A program made the position numbers and the translations under genes. From Octopus vulgaris (taxonomy: Eukaryota), in contig OX597833.1 in NCBI GenBank assembly GCA_951406725.2, forward strand, positions 31,186,001-31,250,000: DNA of 64,000 nucleotides, in the 5' to 3' direction. Numbering within the stretch: position 1 is the first letter of the stretch; the number at the start of each line of letters is the position of its first letter. The notes beneath the pieces are model-generated. The model was not told where the DNA came from. It did no database searches and was given only the letters and a program-made list of their open reading frames with translations. Positions 51,717 to 64,000 of the stretch are shown here, one piece after another.

Positions 51717-52539
51717 GTGTATATATGTATACACACGTACACACACACACACACACACACACAACACACACGCACGCAAGCATATGGGGCCGACTGCACC
51801 CCAAGCGCGCGCGCGCGGACCCACAAACACCCACACCAAAAAAACCCGAACTCCATCAATCCCTCAACTAAAAAGCGTGCGCCTGGATACAAATATATGT
51901 ATGTGTGTGTGCATGCGTGTAAGCGTGTGCTTATGTATGCATGTATGTGTGCATGCGTGTATGTGTGCATGTGTGTGTGTATGTATGTATGTAAGTATGT
52001 ATGTACGTATGTGTGTGTGTGTATGTGCGTATGTGTGTATGTATGTGTGTATGTATGTATGTGTGTGTGTGTATTTATGTATGTGTGTATGTATGTAAGT
52101 GCGTGTGTATGTGTATGTTTGTTTGTGTGTGTATGTATGTAGGTATGTATGAATAAATGTGTGAATGTATGTATGTGTGTACGTATGTATGTGTGTGTGT
52201 GTGTGAATGTATGCGTGTGTGCGTGGGGTTTCCTCTGGGGTTGTGTGGGCGTAATGTACATGCGCGTGACGTGCGTGTATGTGTGTGTGTGTTTCTACTG
52301 GGTGTTTATAAAGGTGTGCGTATCTGTATGGGTATTGTTTTGTTGGTGTGTGTGTGAAGGTGTGGAAGTTTGTGTGCGTACAAGTGCGTGTAGGTTGTAT
52401 GTGTGTGGTGTGTTGGAGGTAGGTGTGTTGGAAGTAGGTATGTGGGTGGGTGTCCGTGGATACGTGGGTATGCGTGTGTGTTTCTGTATAAGGATTAAAA
52501 AAAAAAGAAGAGGGGGAAAAGAGAGGTGGAGCGCAGTCA

Positions 52540-55533
52540 CTAAGAGGAGGGGCTGTGTTTAGTCCGTGTGGGGTATTGGTTTGTAGAGTGAAGATGAAAC
52601 GTTGCTCCAAGTGAAGCCTGGATTGTGGAAGACCGTTGTGTGGGGCGAGACCAAACACAGATGTCATCGGGGGAATGGCTGGCCGAGCGGAAGTGACGTG
52701 CGACGGGAGAAAAGGACCGTAGGCGAACATCCCTCAGATATTCGGCGAATCGGTCTGACAACCGGCGTCCTGTCTGTCCTGTATACAGCATTCCGCAGAG
52801 GTTGCATTTAATACAGTATATGAGGCCAGACGAAGTGCACGTAAAAGAATGTCTGATACGTACAGTTCGCTGGTTGGAGCCGGTGACAGCAGTGGTGTTG
52901 GTGATGAAGGGGCAGGTGTTGCAGCGGGATCTAGAGCACGGGAATGATCCGTGTGGGGCTGAGGGGGAAGAAGAGAGGGTGCTATGGACCAGGAGGTCGC
53001 GTAGATTTCCGGGCTCGTTTGAAGGAGGACAGGGGTGGGTTGGGGAAAATGGGGCGGGTCGTGGGATCGAGCAACGGAAGGCACGTAGTATCTTCCGACG
53101 AAGGGATAGAGTAGAGGGGTGGAAAAGGAGGGGAAAGGGGGTGCGGTTGGGGGGGTGAGAGGAAGGAGAAAGGGCGGTGGTGCGGTCGATGCGACGGGCG
53201 CGGGCAAGGGCATTTGAGACTAGTGTAGGTGGGTATCCTCGGTGCCTGAACAGGCGGGCCAGGTATTGAGATTGGGTCTCGAAATCCTGGTCGCGGCTGC
53301 ACAAGCGTCGGAGGAACTGGGAGTAGGGGATAGCCCGTTTGGTGTGGAATGGGTGGGAGGAGGAGAAGTTGAGATAGAGGTGGGAATCCGTGGGTTTAAA
53401 GAAGGCGGAGTTGGCGAGAGAGTGGGAGGGGTGGTCGATGCTGAGAGAGATATCAAGGAAGTTGACAGAGGTGTTGGAGATGGTTGAAGTGAATTGTAGA
53501 GAGGGGTGGGAGTTGGAGAGGAAAGAGATGAATTGGCAGAGATGTTCGCGGGAAAGGGAGGTGGCGCCTATGCAGTCGTCTATATAGCGACCGTATAGTT
53601 CAGGGGTCGGCCTGGAGAATTGGGAGAATACTTGGGCCTCAATGTAGCCAAGAAAGAGATTGGCGAAATTGGGCCCCATTCTCGTTCCCATCGCGACCCC
53701 GGACCACTTTTGGTACGTTTCCCCGGCGAACGTGAAACAGTTGAGGGTGAGGACGAGCTCTGCCAGGAGAAGAAGGGTGGGGTCGGGACGACGGTCGAGG
53801 AAGTGTTGGACGGCTAAGAGACCGTCGTTGTGGGGAATTACCGTATACAGAGATTTTACGTCTAGGGTGAAGAGGAGGTGTGAGGGGCTGGAAGGGAAGG
53901 AAAAGGAATTGAAGAGACGAAGGGCGTGGTTGGTGTCGTGTACGTGGGATGGGAGGGCTGCGACTAAGGGGGACAGGATGCGGTCGAGGTATAGGGAAAT
54001 GTGTTCAGTGGGGCAATTACAGGCGGAAACGATGGGGCGGCCAGGGTTATGGGGTTTATGGATTTTGGGAAGGAAATAGATGGTGGAGGTGCGGGGTGTT
54101 CGGACGATGAGGTTGGTGGCGGTGGGGGGAGAGCAGAAGAGGAGATGAGGTCGTGGATGGTGGAGGACACTCGCTGTTGGTAGGAAGAGGTGGGATCGGA
54201 GGGGAGGAGGCGATAGAAGAGAGGATTTTGAAGCTGGCTGAGCGCTTCCTCCCTGCATAGATCCGCGCACCACATGACCACTGCTCCGCCTTTGTCCGCC
54301 GGTTTGATGACAATGTCATTGCGGCGGCGGAGGTGGCGAAGGGCAATCGATTCAGCCCGAGTGAGGTTGTCTCGGAGGGGTCTTTGTTTAAAGTTAAACT
54401 GGTGGACCAACGCGTTGCAGTCATTCACGAACAAATCTAGGCTACTGAATAGGCCTGGGAGCGGCGTCCAGTTGGATGGGCGGCGCCCCAGCTCCAAAAA
54501 GCAATCCTGATTGTTGTGACGCTGCGGGGGACGCGTGGAAGAATGCGCAAAGTTTGAGGCGGCGCAGGAACTGGTTGACGTCGGTCCGAGTCTCGAATTC
54601 ATCACAGTGGCGCGTGAGTGGCGTAAAGCGGAGTCTCTTACTGAGGAGAGAGCGCTCGGCAGCGGAGAGGGGGAGATTGGGGGGTATAGTGACAACAGTG
54701 CGAGGATGCGGAGTGGTGGGATGACTGGGGTCAGGAAGAGGGGTGCAGAGGTGTGAGGAGGAGGGTAGGGGTGGTTGGGTGAAGATGGGTTAGGCGTAGG
54801 AAGGTCAGGGTGGGGTGTGTGTAGGTCCGTGGAGTGGGAAGGGGGAGGGGTGGTGGGTGCGGGAATGGAGGGAGTCGGGGGAGCAGGAGGGGAGGATGTA
54901 GGGGATGGGGAAGGGGGTGAAGGGTTGAGGAGGTGGTGGAGTTTTTTGTTTTTTGTGTGTGTGAGGAAATTGTGGAGTTGGTGGTTGAGATTAAGAATGA
55001 AGCGGAGAATAGGTTGGGTGAAGAGTGGAGGGCAGAGGGAGGAGAGAAGGAGGTAAGCCTGGGGAAGTTGGTGGTCAAGGGAGTGAAGGAGAAGGCGGGT
55101 GGAACGGATGGTGGCACGGATGAGGAGGCGGGAGGTGCGAGCGAGGGTGGGTTCGATGAGGGGGAGGAATAGGGGGTAGCGTGGAACTTCAAGAGGAAGC
55201 CACGGGGTGTGACGTGATGGCGGAGGCAACGGCTGAGGAAGGAGAGATGGCTAGAGTGGCGAGTTTTTTTAAAAAGTAAGTGAGAAAGTTTTTTTGCGGG
55301 TGGTAAGCACTGTGGCGGGAAGAAGGCGAGAAAGCGGCTAAGAAGGGATTGAAGGTGTTGGACGAACGAGTGCAAGTCAGGCATGTTGAGAAGTGGTGAA
55401 AGTTTGTGTAGGTGTAGGTGGTGGCGACACAAGTGGGAAAATGGAGGTAGAAGAAGAAAGGTGAAGAAGAAGAAAAGAAGACAAAAAGAAAAAAGTTTGA
55501 GAGAGTCACGGACAAATTATTTTTGATTTCCAA
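52540..55533 (-). mobile_element. Penelope-like element, Neptune-type, near-full-length RT + GIY-YIG ORF with several frameshifts
   Basis: KPADKGGAVV, LPKIHK, GRPIVS, LDVKSLYT, GVAMGT, RYIDD, Cys linker CSRSRCNTC and LIYCIKCNLCGMLYTGQTGR. Confidence 0.92.
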
Positions 55534-55554
55534 TCACGATTTCAGTGGCGTACT

Positions 55555-55643
55555 CCGGAAGAATGGTAACAGTAATCCGTAGGTCCGGAAGAATGGTAAC
55601 AGTAATCCGTAGGTCCGGAAGAATGGTAACAGTAATCCGTAGG
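55555..55643. repeat. Three tandem ~30-bp repeats upstream of the Neptune-like ORF
   Basis: TCCGGAAGAATGGTAACAGTAATCCGTAGG x3. Confidence 0.95.
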
Positions 55644-55704
55644 TATAAAAATCCAGGAATTGGTATCCAAGGCACTCAATATCCGTGTGAGCGTGCGCGG
55701 TATA

Positions 55705-55960
55705 TAAAGTTAATCCAAACAAGAAAACAAAAAGACAACAACGCAAGGATGTGGAACAAATAAAGTATTATTGGACGCTCAGGAAAGAGCTCTTCGTCTG
55801 AAACATAGGAGAAGGAAAGATCCCGAGACGGGAGGACAGAGGAAAAAAAAATTGCCGGTGGTATTCACGAGGTCACATACTAAAAGACGGAAGTGGTAAA
55901 AATGGAGGAAAATGTTTTTAAAAACAAGAGAGCTATATCAAAGAAGGAATGGTAAAAAAG
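55705..55960 (-). mobile_element. pLTR-like segment upstream of the Neptune-like ORF
   Basis: Similar to 19651-19847. Only a GACGAAGAGCTC hammerhead half remains. Confidence 0.5.
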
Positions 55961-56708
55961 GTGTGCGAGATGACAAGTGTGTGTGTGTGTGTATGGTGGA
56001 CAATGGCTAGTAGCAGGCAGTAGTGGAATTAAGGAGTGATGTGGGGGTACCCTAGCAAGTCAGAAAGGCAGGTCAGAAACAGGGAGGTATGTGTGTGTGC
56101 GTGTATATGTATCGTGTGTGTGTTTTGTTGTAGTATGTGTGTGTGTACGTGTGCGTTTTTTGTGTGTATGGCGAGTAACTGTGCTTAACTTAGTGTATGT
56201 GTGCGTGTGTGCTTGTACGTGCGTGTGTGTGTATATATACGTATATATAATTGTGTGCGTGTATGTATGGTTGTGTGCCGTATGGGACGTATGTGTGGGT
56301 TCATATGTGCGTGTGTATGTATGTGCGTGTAGTTGTGTGTGCGTGTATGTGTGTGTGTGTAAACGTAAATGGATGTATATGCGTGTATCCGTGGGGATGT
56401 GGGGGGTTTTCGCGCGTGTGCGTGCGTATGTGTGCGCATGTTTTGGTGTGCGTATGTATGTGTGTGTCTGTGCTTATATGTGTGTACGTATGTGTATGTG
56501 TGCGTGCGCGTGGAGGTATATGTTGTGTGTATGTATATGTGTCGGTGTGTATGTGAATTAGTGTGTGTTTGTACGTGTGTATGTGTGTGTGCGTGTATTG
56601 TATATATATGTAAATGTGTGTGTGTGTGTACGTGCGTGGGAGTGAATGTATGTATGTGCGTGTGTGTACAGATGTAGGGGTTTATATGTATGTATGCGAA
56701 TCTATCTA

Positions 56709-56760
<52 letters not shown>

Positions 56761-57399
56761 TATAAATATATGCATATATACATACATATATGTACATACC
56801 TACATCTATATGTATATATACATGCATAAATGGGTACAGGACATCAAGAAACGTTGAACACAATGAGGAACGAAAACATAAAAACAGAAACATGGAAACG
56901 AACTATTTTTCAAACAACGAAGAAACAGAGTACAAGGCATACAACACAAGGAATATTCCCCTTCTTCAGTTGTCCCTGTTTCATCTACTCCGCGTTTCGA
57001 TGGTAAGGACAAGACGCGACTTCATTGAAACAATCCTTCCCGCAAAGCAAATTAAATCAAATTTGGGATTTTTTGTGGTGGGGTAAAAGTGGTAACAAGA
57101 ACGGGACAGTAAGAACAAAACAAGACAGTACAAAACAATAAAAGTAAAAACAGTAAAAGACAGAACAAAGAGAATAACACGCTAAAAACAAACGATGTGG
57201 GTTGTTAAGTCAAGACGATCGAAAAAAATTTTTGAACGCTTGAGGAAACAGCTTATTATGAGAGAGACAGGATAAGCGGTACAGCCTATGATTCGACCCA
57301 TCAGTCTGAGTCTCATCAGGTACATCGGTAATGATATGTCTCACTACAGATTTTTAGTGTCGGCTAATTTGTTGTTATATGTCATTCAAGTTAGGAAAT

Positions 57400-58284
57400 G
57401 AATAAAAGGAGATAATATTCAAGTAGGAACATGGAAATCTCACGGTAATTCCCGGGAAAACGGGGCTTATCCCTTGGTTCCGTTCTCATAATTGTTTCGC
57501 TAATCCAATAACAATAATACAAAGTATATAGCCCTTAAAACGGTTTTTGTGCATTTATTGAGAACACCGAACTGTCTTACACAGGATCTTGTTTTTAGGA
57601 ATTCCCAACAAGTTATGAATACCCAAATTGTGAAGTCTATGTAATAACATGAAATTAATTACTCGATAGTAAGAATTCAACTAAAGTAACCCCGAAAAGG
57701 GCTTTAATACGTTCCCAGCGTATATAGAACTTAGGAGGAAATACCAATAAGGTATGTATACTAAAATCGTGAAGCATGTTACATCATAATAGGCTAATCA
57801 GATATGAGATAATAACAATTCAAAGTAAAAAACTCTTTAAAAAGCTTTTGTGCGTTCGCAGAGAATATTACCCTTAGCGGTGCTACTGTTGGTATATTCG
57901 TGAATAGGTCACTAACCGAAATAAGTGGATCTATTGTTTAGGGAAATACTATTTAATTGTTTAAGCGTTGTACTGGATAAATTGCGAAAATAACTCAAAT
58001 AGTTCAAATATTAAGAAAGAAGCATACTCAATTTGAATTATATGAAATAATTTACGAATATGAATGGGTTATTTCCCTTGGCTATATAAGGATCCCTTTC
58101 AGGAGCGAATGGGTTATTCCCCTTGGAATCGATTTTTTTTTTTCAACAATCTAAGTGCATTACTAGTTTTCCAGACATGAGTTCTACTCACGTGTCAAGT
58201 TTCATCAAAATCGATAGAACGCTGTAGGGGGAGTTAGATAACAACGCCACAAACACGCCTACAGATTTCTACATATGTAGTAGA
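57400..58284 (-). mobile_element. Possible Helitron-like non-autonomous element (left boundary uncertain)
   Basis: AAGTTTCATCAAAATCG..GGGAGTTAG..TAGTAGA-T end, giving a 5' TC on the minus strand. Loosely similar to 24753-24850. No 3' CTAG hairpin found. Confidence 0.35.
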
Positions 58285-58398
58285 TGTGTAGACTCACACA
58301 CACACCCATATACACAAGCTAGCGTTTAGATTTTTGCATCTCGACTTCCCCATTCATCTATCAAGTCTGATAGTATTTATTGGTACATTTTACTTATA

Positions 58399-59271
58399 TG
58401 GGGTCTGATCAATAAATATCCGGATTGGTGCTATAGAAGCACAACTACAACACATAACAATTTGGCATTTAATCTACTTCAAAGTAATCACCTTCGGAAG
58501 CCATACACTTAATCCAGCGCTATTTCCATTGATGGCGCATTCCTGGAATTCGTTTTCTTGTATAATTAGCTGCTGCCTCGTCGCATTCACTTCGATTTAT
58601 TCGACGTCCTGAAATCTTCTTTTGAAGCAAGATTTGATTTTTGGATAGAGGAAAAAGTCACAAGGAGCGAGATCTGGGGAATACGATGACTGTCAAACCT
58701 GGTGAATGCTATGCCTGGCCAAAAACTACTGCACATGCTGCACTGAATGGGCAGGTGCGTTGTCAGTTGAAAGCAGTTTTGGCACAAACTTGGCAGACGT
58801 GCGTCTCATACCCAAATCTTCAGGTATAATGGACTGAACCATATGTAATCAGTACATCCTCTGATGACTCGCGGATGGTGATTCGACAACTTCCGTCATA
58901 GCTTCACGCACATCTGCAGTGTTTTTCTCAGTTCTGATGGTTGCGGGTCTCCTAGAATGTTCGTCACTATCGACATTTTTTCGGCTCATACACTCCTCTC
59001 CATACATTTTCTGCATCTTTGCGTAGGCCAATGAACAGGTATTGCTAAGCTTTTGGCAAAATTCAATGCAGACTTATGGTCAATGCGATGATCATACACT
59101 ATACACGTTCTGTCTAAGCACTGCTGTAATCAGTGAAAGTGAGTTAGAATGTTAAAACTTTCTGCGCATGCACAACAGAGCTCAAAGTCAATCTGTGCCT
59201 GGCAACTTTACTCTGCATGCTTTAGCTTTGTTACACTGGCAACAGTCCGGCTACTTATTGACTAGACCACG
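58399..59271 (-). mobile_element. Internally deleted mariner
   Basis: TA-flanked imperfect TIRs (GGTCTGATCAATAAATATCCGGA / TCCGGCTACTTATTGACTAGACC). Minus strand carries YSPDLAPCDFFLYPKIK and EGDYFE remnants. Confidence 0.85.
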
Positions 59272-59504
59272 TATGTAGTTGCATTGTAAAGTTAGATGTT
59301 TAATTACGTTATTCGCATACGGTTATTCTTTAGTATAGTTTTCATGGTTACAATTCATTAGCTTTTAACTCAAGGGGATTAATCCGAGTTGTGTGTTTAG
59401 CTGCATGCATGCACCTGGGTAATCATTCCGTAAATCTGTTTATAATGCGCTCCTTTATTAATATTGTTAATAATTTATGAAGCCCCCTCAAAGGAAACAC
59501 AAAT

Positions 59505-59785
59505 AGTGAGTGGTGTTCCACAGGGCACTGTCTTGGGACCATTGCTTTTCATAGTGGCCCTCTCAGATATACCCTCAGCTGCTTGGATTGCTACCCTTGC
59601 TAGCTACGCAGACGGCACGAAAGTCTTGTAGAAAATACAAAACCCTAGCGATGTTGCACGCTGCAGGAGTTGGGCGCAATTTACAGATGGGCTGAGGACA
59701 GTAATATGCAGTTTAATGCTGGGAAATTCCAAGCCCTGCACTACGAGCACCCAAAACTGAACGAAAAACTTACAGTGTACACCTG
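59505..59785 (+). mobile_element. CR1-like RT fragment
   Basis: SGVPQGTVLGPLLF..SYADGTK..QFNAGKFQAL. Confidence 0.8.
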
Positions 59786-59789
59786 TATA

Positions 59790-62250
59790 TGCTTACCAAG
59801 GACCATTACGTAGAATTGCTTAGAAAAGAAATACAAAAGAATTATAGGATTACCGGTAAAAGTGCAATCAGGAAAGTCAACCCTGAGGCTAAGAAAATTA
59901 TGGAGAAATATGACTTGCAGATGAAGACAGAACCCTTTGATTCTAAACAACCTCGTTTTATTTTAAAAGAGCACAAACAAAATTCTTTTAATAACCCATC
60001 TTTACGACTTATTTGTCCTTCTATCTCTAACGTCGGTGTACTTAGGAAAAATATTCTAGATAAATATATTCCTACCTATTCTTAATTTATGGTCTAATTC
60101 GTTCCAAGTGGTCGACTGGTTTAATTCTAAGTGTACTAAGTTTATCCAGTTTGACATTTCTAGTTTCTATTCCTCTATCAACCCAATCTTACTCAACAAG
60201 GCACTCTGGCGCGATCGCAACAAAGTCGGTCTCACCAGGGATGAAATTAATGTGGTGTTAGCTGCCAGAAAATCTATTATTAAATTCGATAACAAGCTGT
60301 GGGTCCAGAAAGATACACCCGACAGTTTTGATGTCACGATGGGAAGTTCTGATTCAGTACAAATCACTGATTTGGTTGGTATATGTATCCTTTATGAGAT
60401 GGCTGACTAATTCCCAAACATCAACGGATAGTGATGATTGTCTACTCTACTTTCAAAATGCTTCTAACCAAAAATTACAAATAGCTTAGTTAAATTTTTC
60501 TGAAACATGGGCTTAAGTATTGTTTTTGGCGATGATATAACTAAAGCCACTTTTTGGATATTACCCTTAATTTGCATAATGATTCATACTTCCCATACCA
60601 TAAACACTCAACTAATTAAAAATATATTAGCTCTTTCAGTAATCACTCAAAGAATTAAGTAAGGAATATTTCACTTAGACTTTCTAGATTATCTGCTAAT
60701 GTTGATATCTTCAACGATAAAGCTAAATTTTATAACTCTGTCTTACTTAAAGAAAAATTACCTTTATTAACCCTATTGACATTAATTCTACCTCTATTAA
60801 TCAGGACATGAAATCAAGTCATAATGATATTAACAATATTAATTTTATTCCGAATAATAACACCAAATCGAGTAATGTAATTACTATAGCGTAATGGAGA
60901 TAACCGTTATTTAAGACCCTTTTTTTTTCATTATAAAGGTACATCGAGGACATTTAAAGATAATTACCCTAATAACAAGGTATGTCCTGAAAAAACTGTT
61001 TGGTTAATAATTCCATATGGTAAGTAGATCAAATCCAACCTTCCTTACCAGTTTCGTGAAGCTATAGAAAAGAATTTCCAAGAAATTCAAAATACTATTC
61101 GATTATTAATTCACACCGAATCAGGATAGGGTTTTCTAACACAAAAAATCTTTCACAAATCATCTCTTCACATTATAATAAGTTGTTAAAAACAAATTCA
61201 CTTAATGAAAATACTAGCATTGATTTTGTTAACACTAACCATTCTTTAAATAATAATAGCAGCGGTGTTGGTGTTTCTGATGCTGATTCCAATTGCATTC
61301 GTTTCCTTAGCTTGTAAGACTAGAAACTCTATTTATCACTGTAAAATTACTTCCGGATCTAACGTCTTTTTTTTTAATTTATGTAGTTCTTCATCTCAGT
61401 TGTCCAAAAGAATATCTAATCATTACTCTACATTGAGACATATCAATAAAAGTAACAATACTGGGCTTAGTAAATTAATTTGGTATCTAAAGGATCGTAA
61501 TAAACAATTTGATTTGGAATGAAATATTCTGTCTATATCTTTTCCGTATGACAATGGTAAATCTTTTTGTCCGCTTTGTAACAGTGAAATCTATTTCATC
61601 CTGTTCTCAGAGAATCCTCTTGTAAACACATTTATCATTGCAAACATTGGCAAAAACATACCTTTAGTTCCTATAAGTGATTTCTACCATTCTATAAAAT
61701 TCGACCTTTGACTGTCTTCTTACCTTTCACTTCCACAAAATATATCTACTCTCAAGCCTTTAAGCTTTATTTAGTCCTATTCACCTATCGCTCTATATCT
61801 CTCCACTATTAGTTTTCTGTTAATTTCTTTCTTTCTCCTCCTTCTCTTTCTATAAACTATCTTTGACGTCATATCTACTAACAGTTTTTTTTTTAAACTT
61901 GCTATCATCGTTCCCTTCACCATATACGCAGTCACCACATTCTGTTAAAATGTCTTATTGATGAGTTTGGTTTCTTTCTTTCCCTGATGGGAAGATTGCA
62001 TTGTTTTACACCAGTTTATTCCTTCTGGAATAATACCAATGTTTTCTTCGAAACATATGTCGGAAGTAAAAAGACTTGAATAACACCTGCTTTTAACTCC
62101 ATTTATTTATTTATCTATATGATACAAAAACATTTCACATAAACCTGGCATTTCTACCTTTACATCCTTGGTACTTGTGTGAATGTTTGCTACCCTGGTA
62201 ACTATTTATTTATTTTACCCGAGTTATTTGTAAACATTGAAAAAATACAC
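59790..62250 (+). mobile_element. Penelope-like element (Nematis-like), decayed RT + GIY-YIG + pLTR
   Basis: FIQFDISSFYSSI, FDVTMGSSDS and TGLSKLIWYLK. Homologous to 50057-51466. Confidence 0.85.
61980..62065 (+). ncRNA. Hammerhead motif with extended stem II (CTGATGG variant)
   Basis: ttcc-CTGATGG-gaaga..tcttc-GAAA-catatg-TC-ggaa. Confidence 0.62.
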
Positions 62251-62260
62251 ACACACACAT

Positions 62261-63345
62261 ATAATAATTATATACATAATTATAACAAGATATTGGCATT
62301 ATGCCTCTCCACACTCTGAAAATACACGCCAAATGATGCCAACACCACCTTGAAAAACTCCCAAAATACACAGGCTGTAGTCGAGCAAAAGAAAGATAAT
62401 GAATTAAACTTTTGGTTAAACGTGTACAAAATCTTGTTTCAAGCTTAAAGTAAAAAATTATACCTGCTGCTATCTTCAGTACCGTTAGTCCGCAGCATAA
62501 ATTTACAAGTATCTACACATGTATATGAGCAGCGACTTTGTACAACAATATATATATATATACACACACTTGCAAAAATATACAGTAAAGTAGAATTCCC
62601 ATCTTTCTCTTCAACCACATGATATATATAAAAATAATGCTGCAGTGAATGCAACTTTGATCAGGAGTGAAATTTGTTTCCATATTAATTATATAATAAA
62701 GGATAAAATCATTAATAATTTAATTAAGTGGCTAACACGAAAATAAAAACCCTATTTTACAAATATTATAATAATTATATACATAATTATAGCAAGATAT
62801 TGGCATTACGTCTCTCCACGGACTGAAAATAGACGCCAAATGATGCCAAACCACATTTTTAAAATTCTAAATACACAGGCTGTAGTCGAGCAAAAGAAAG
62901 ATAATAAATTAAACTTTTGGTTAAACGTGTGCAACATCTCGCTTCAAACTTAAGGTAAAAATTATACCTACTGCAATCTTGAGCACCGTTATTCCGTTGC
63001 ATAAATTTACAAGTATTTACTCATACGTATACGAGCAGCGACTTCTTAAAACAATATATATATATATACACTTGCAAAAATATACAGTAAAGTAGAATTC
63101 CCATCTTTCTCTTCAATCAATAATGCAAAATAATGCTTCAACTGCATTGTTTTACACCAGTTTATTCCTTCTGGAATAATACCAATGTTTTCTTCGAAAA
63201 TATCAGAATAATCTTTCTTTTGCTCGATTACAGGCTGTGTTTCTTAGTGTTTTTTAAAGATGGTGTTGGCGTCATTTGGCGTCTATTTTCAGGGCATGGA
63301 GAGGCGTAATGCCAATCCCTTGTTATAATTATGTATATAATTACT
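62261..63345. repeat. Tandem plus inverted repeat cluster (62261-62640, 62769-63137, inverted 63209-63345)
   Basis: ATAATTATATACATAATTATA.CAAGATATTGGCATTA occurs twice in direct orientation and once inverted. Confidence 0.88.
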
Positions 63346-63396
63346 ATAATATGTCTAATATATATATAAATATACATACACGCATACATACATACA

Positions 63397-63945
63397 TGGT
63401 GGCTGCCCCCTCGTTATCAAGTATGGCCATTGCATGAAGCTTAATCAATGCTGTTATCGTGCAATGCCTGTGCAAGAAGATTTTTTTTAAAGTGAGGAAA
63501 GGCTGTGCACTGAGTCAATCCCACTCACTAAGCAACAGCAGCCATAATCCGAAAAGAACAAGTCAACATCATGGGTAACCACTGAGCCGCAGGTTTTATG
63601 CCGGAGTTATCCCAGTTACCTGAGTTACCTTCTCCTAGAAGGATGCCCTAACAAAGGCTAGGAGTCCTTCACTCCCAGTGGTTTAACCGCGCAATCGGGT
63701 ATTCAGTCCGATTATTTCTGTCTCCGCGCATGATACAGCCTTAAAACATTTATTGGATGGCCGTTGACTCTCAAGAGTTCCTCCGCCCTTTGACGGGTTT
63801 TGTTTTTCATCCCACAGGGTGTCCAATAAACACCCTCCTCACCAAGCAAGCTTGGTGGGGTTGCCGGTTTAGTCGCCGACGACCCGACCATGCAACAGGT
63901 TGTACTAAGTTACATGTTACCAGTAGCACTCGAAAGTGACATGAC
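63397..63945. mobile_element. Unclassified interspersed repeat, possibly LINE UTR-derived, between (CATA)n tracts
   Basis: GC-richer block bounded by microsatellites. No diagnostic ORF. Confidence 0.3.
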
Positions 63946-64000
63946 ATAACATACATACATACATACATACATACATACATACATACATACACATTTCCTT

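Noticed and set aside
55555-55643. CRISPR-like 30-bp repeats
   Set aside because: Head-to-tail copies with no spacers.
57279-57323. Minus-strand gtac-CTGATGA-gac..gtc-GAAT..gtac
   Set aside because: GAAA and the cleavage site are not intact; probably a decayed hammerhead, not counted.

Overview
Eukaryotic, AT-rich, almost entirely repeat-derived DNA. The SINE and LINE families resemble those of octopus/cephalopods, which is an inference. I see no host protein-coding gene, rRNA, true tRNA or CRISPR array, and most six-frame ORFs are translations of (TA)/(CA)/(TATG) microsatellites. Recognisable content: six decayed copies of one RTE-clade LINE family with a shared (GAT)n-tailed 3' UTR, other RTE and CR1-like fragments, a near-intact mariner inside a non-autonomous Helitron, a second deleted mariner, a Charlie/Buster-type hAT nested in a non-autonomous hAT, tRNA-derived SINEs, and Penelope-like elements (PLEs) of at least three types. 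The most striking structure is a dense set of fold-back (inverted-repeat) elements in (TA)n tracts. Several carry type I hammerhead ribozyme motifs (13 copies, about 6 sequence families, several with 50-100 nt stem II insertions). They nest inside one another, including an 11-kb stack of five palindromes at 6391-17525. All coordinates and folds were read by eye, so boundaries in microsatellite-flanked regions are approximate.
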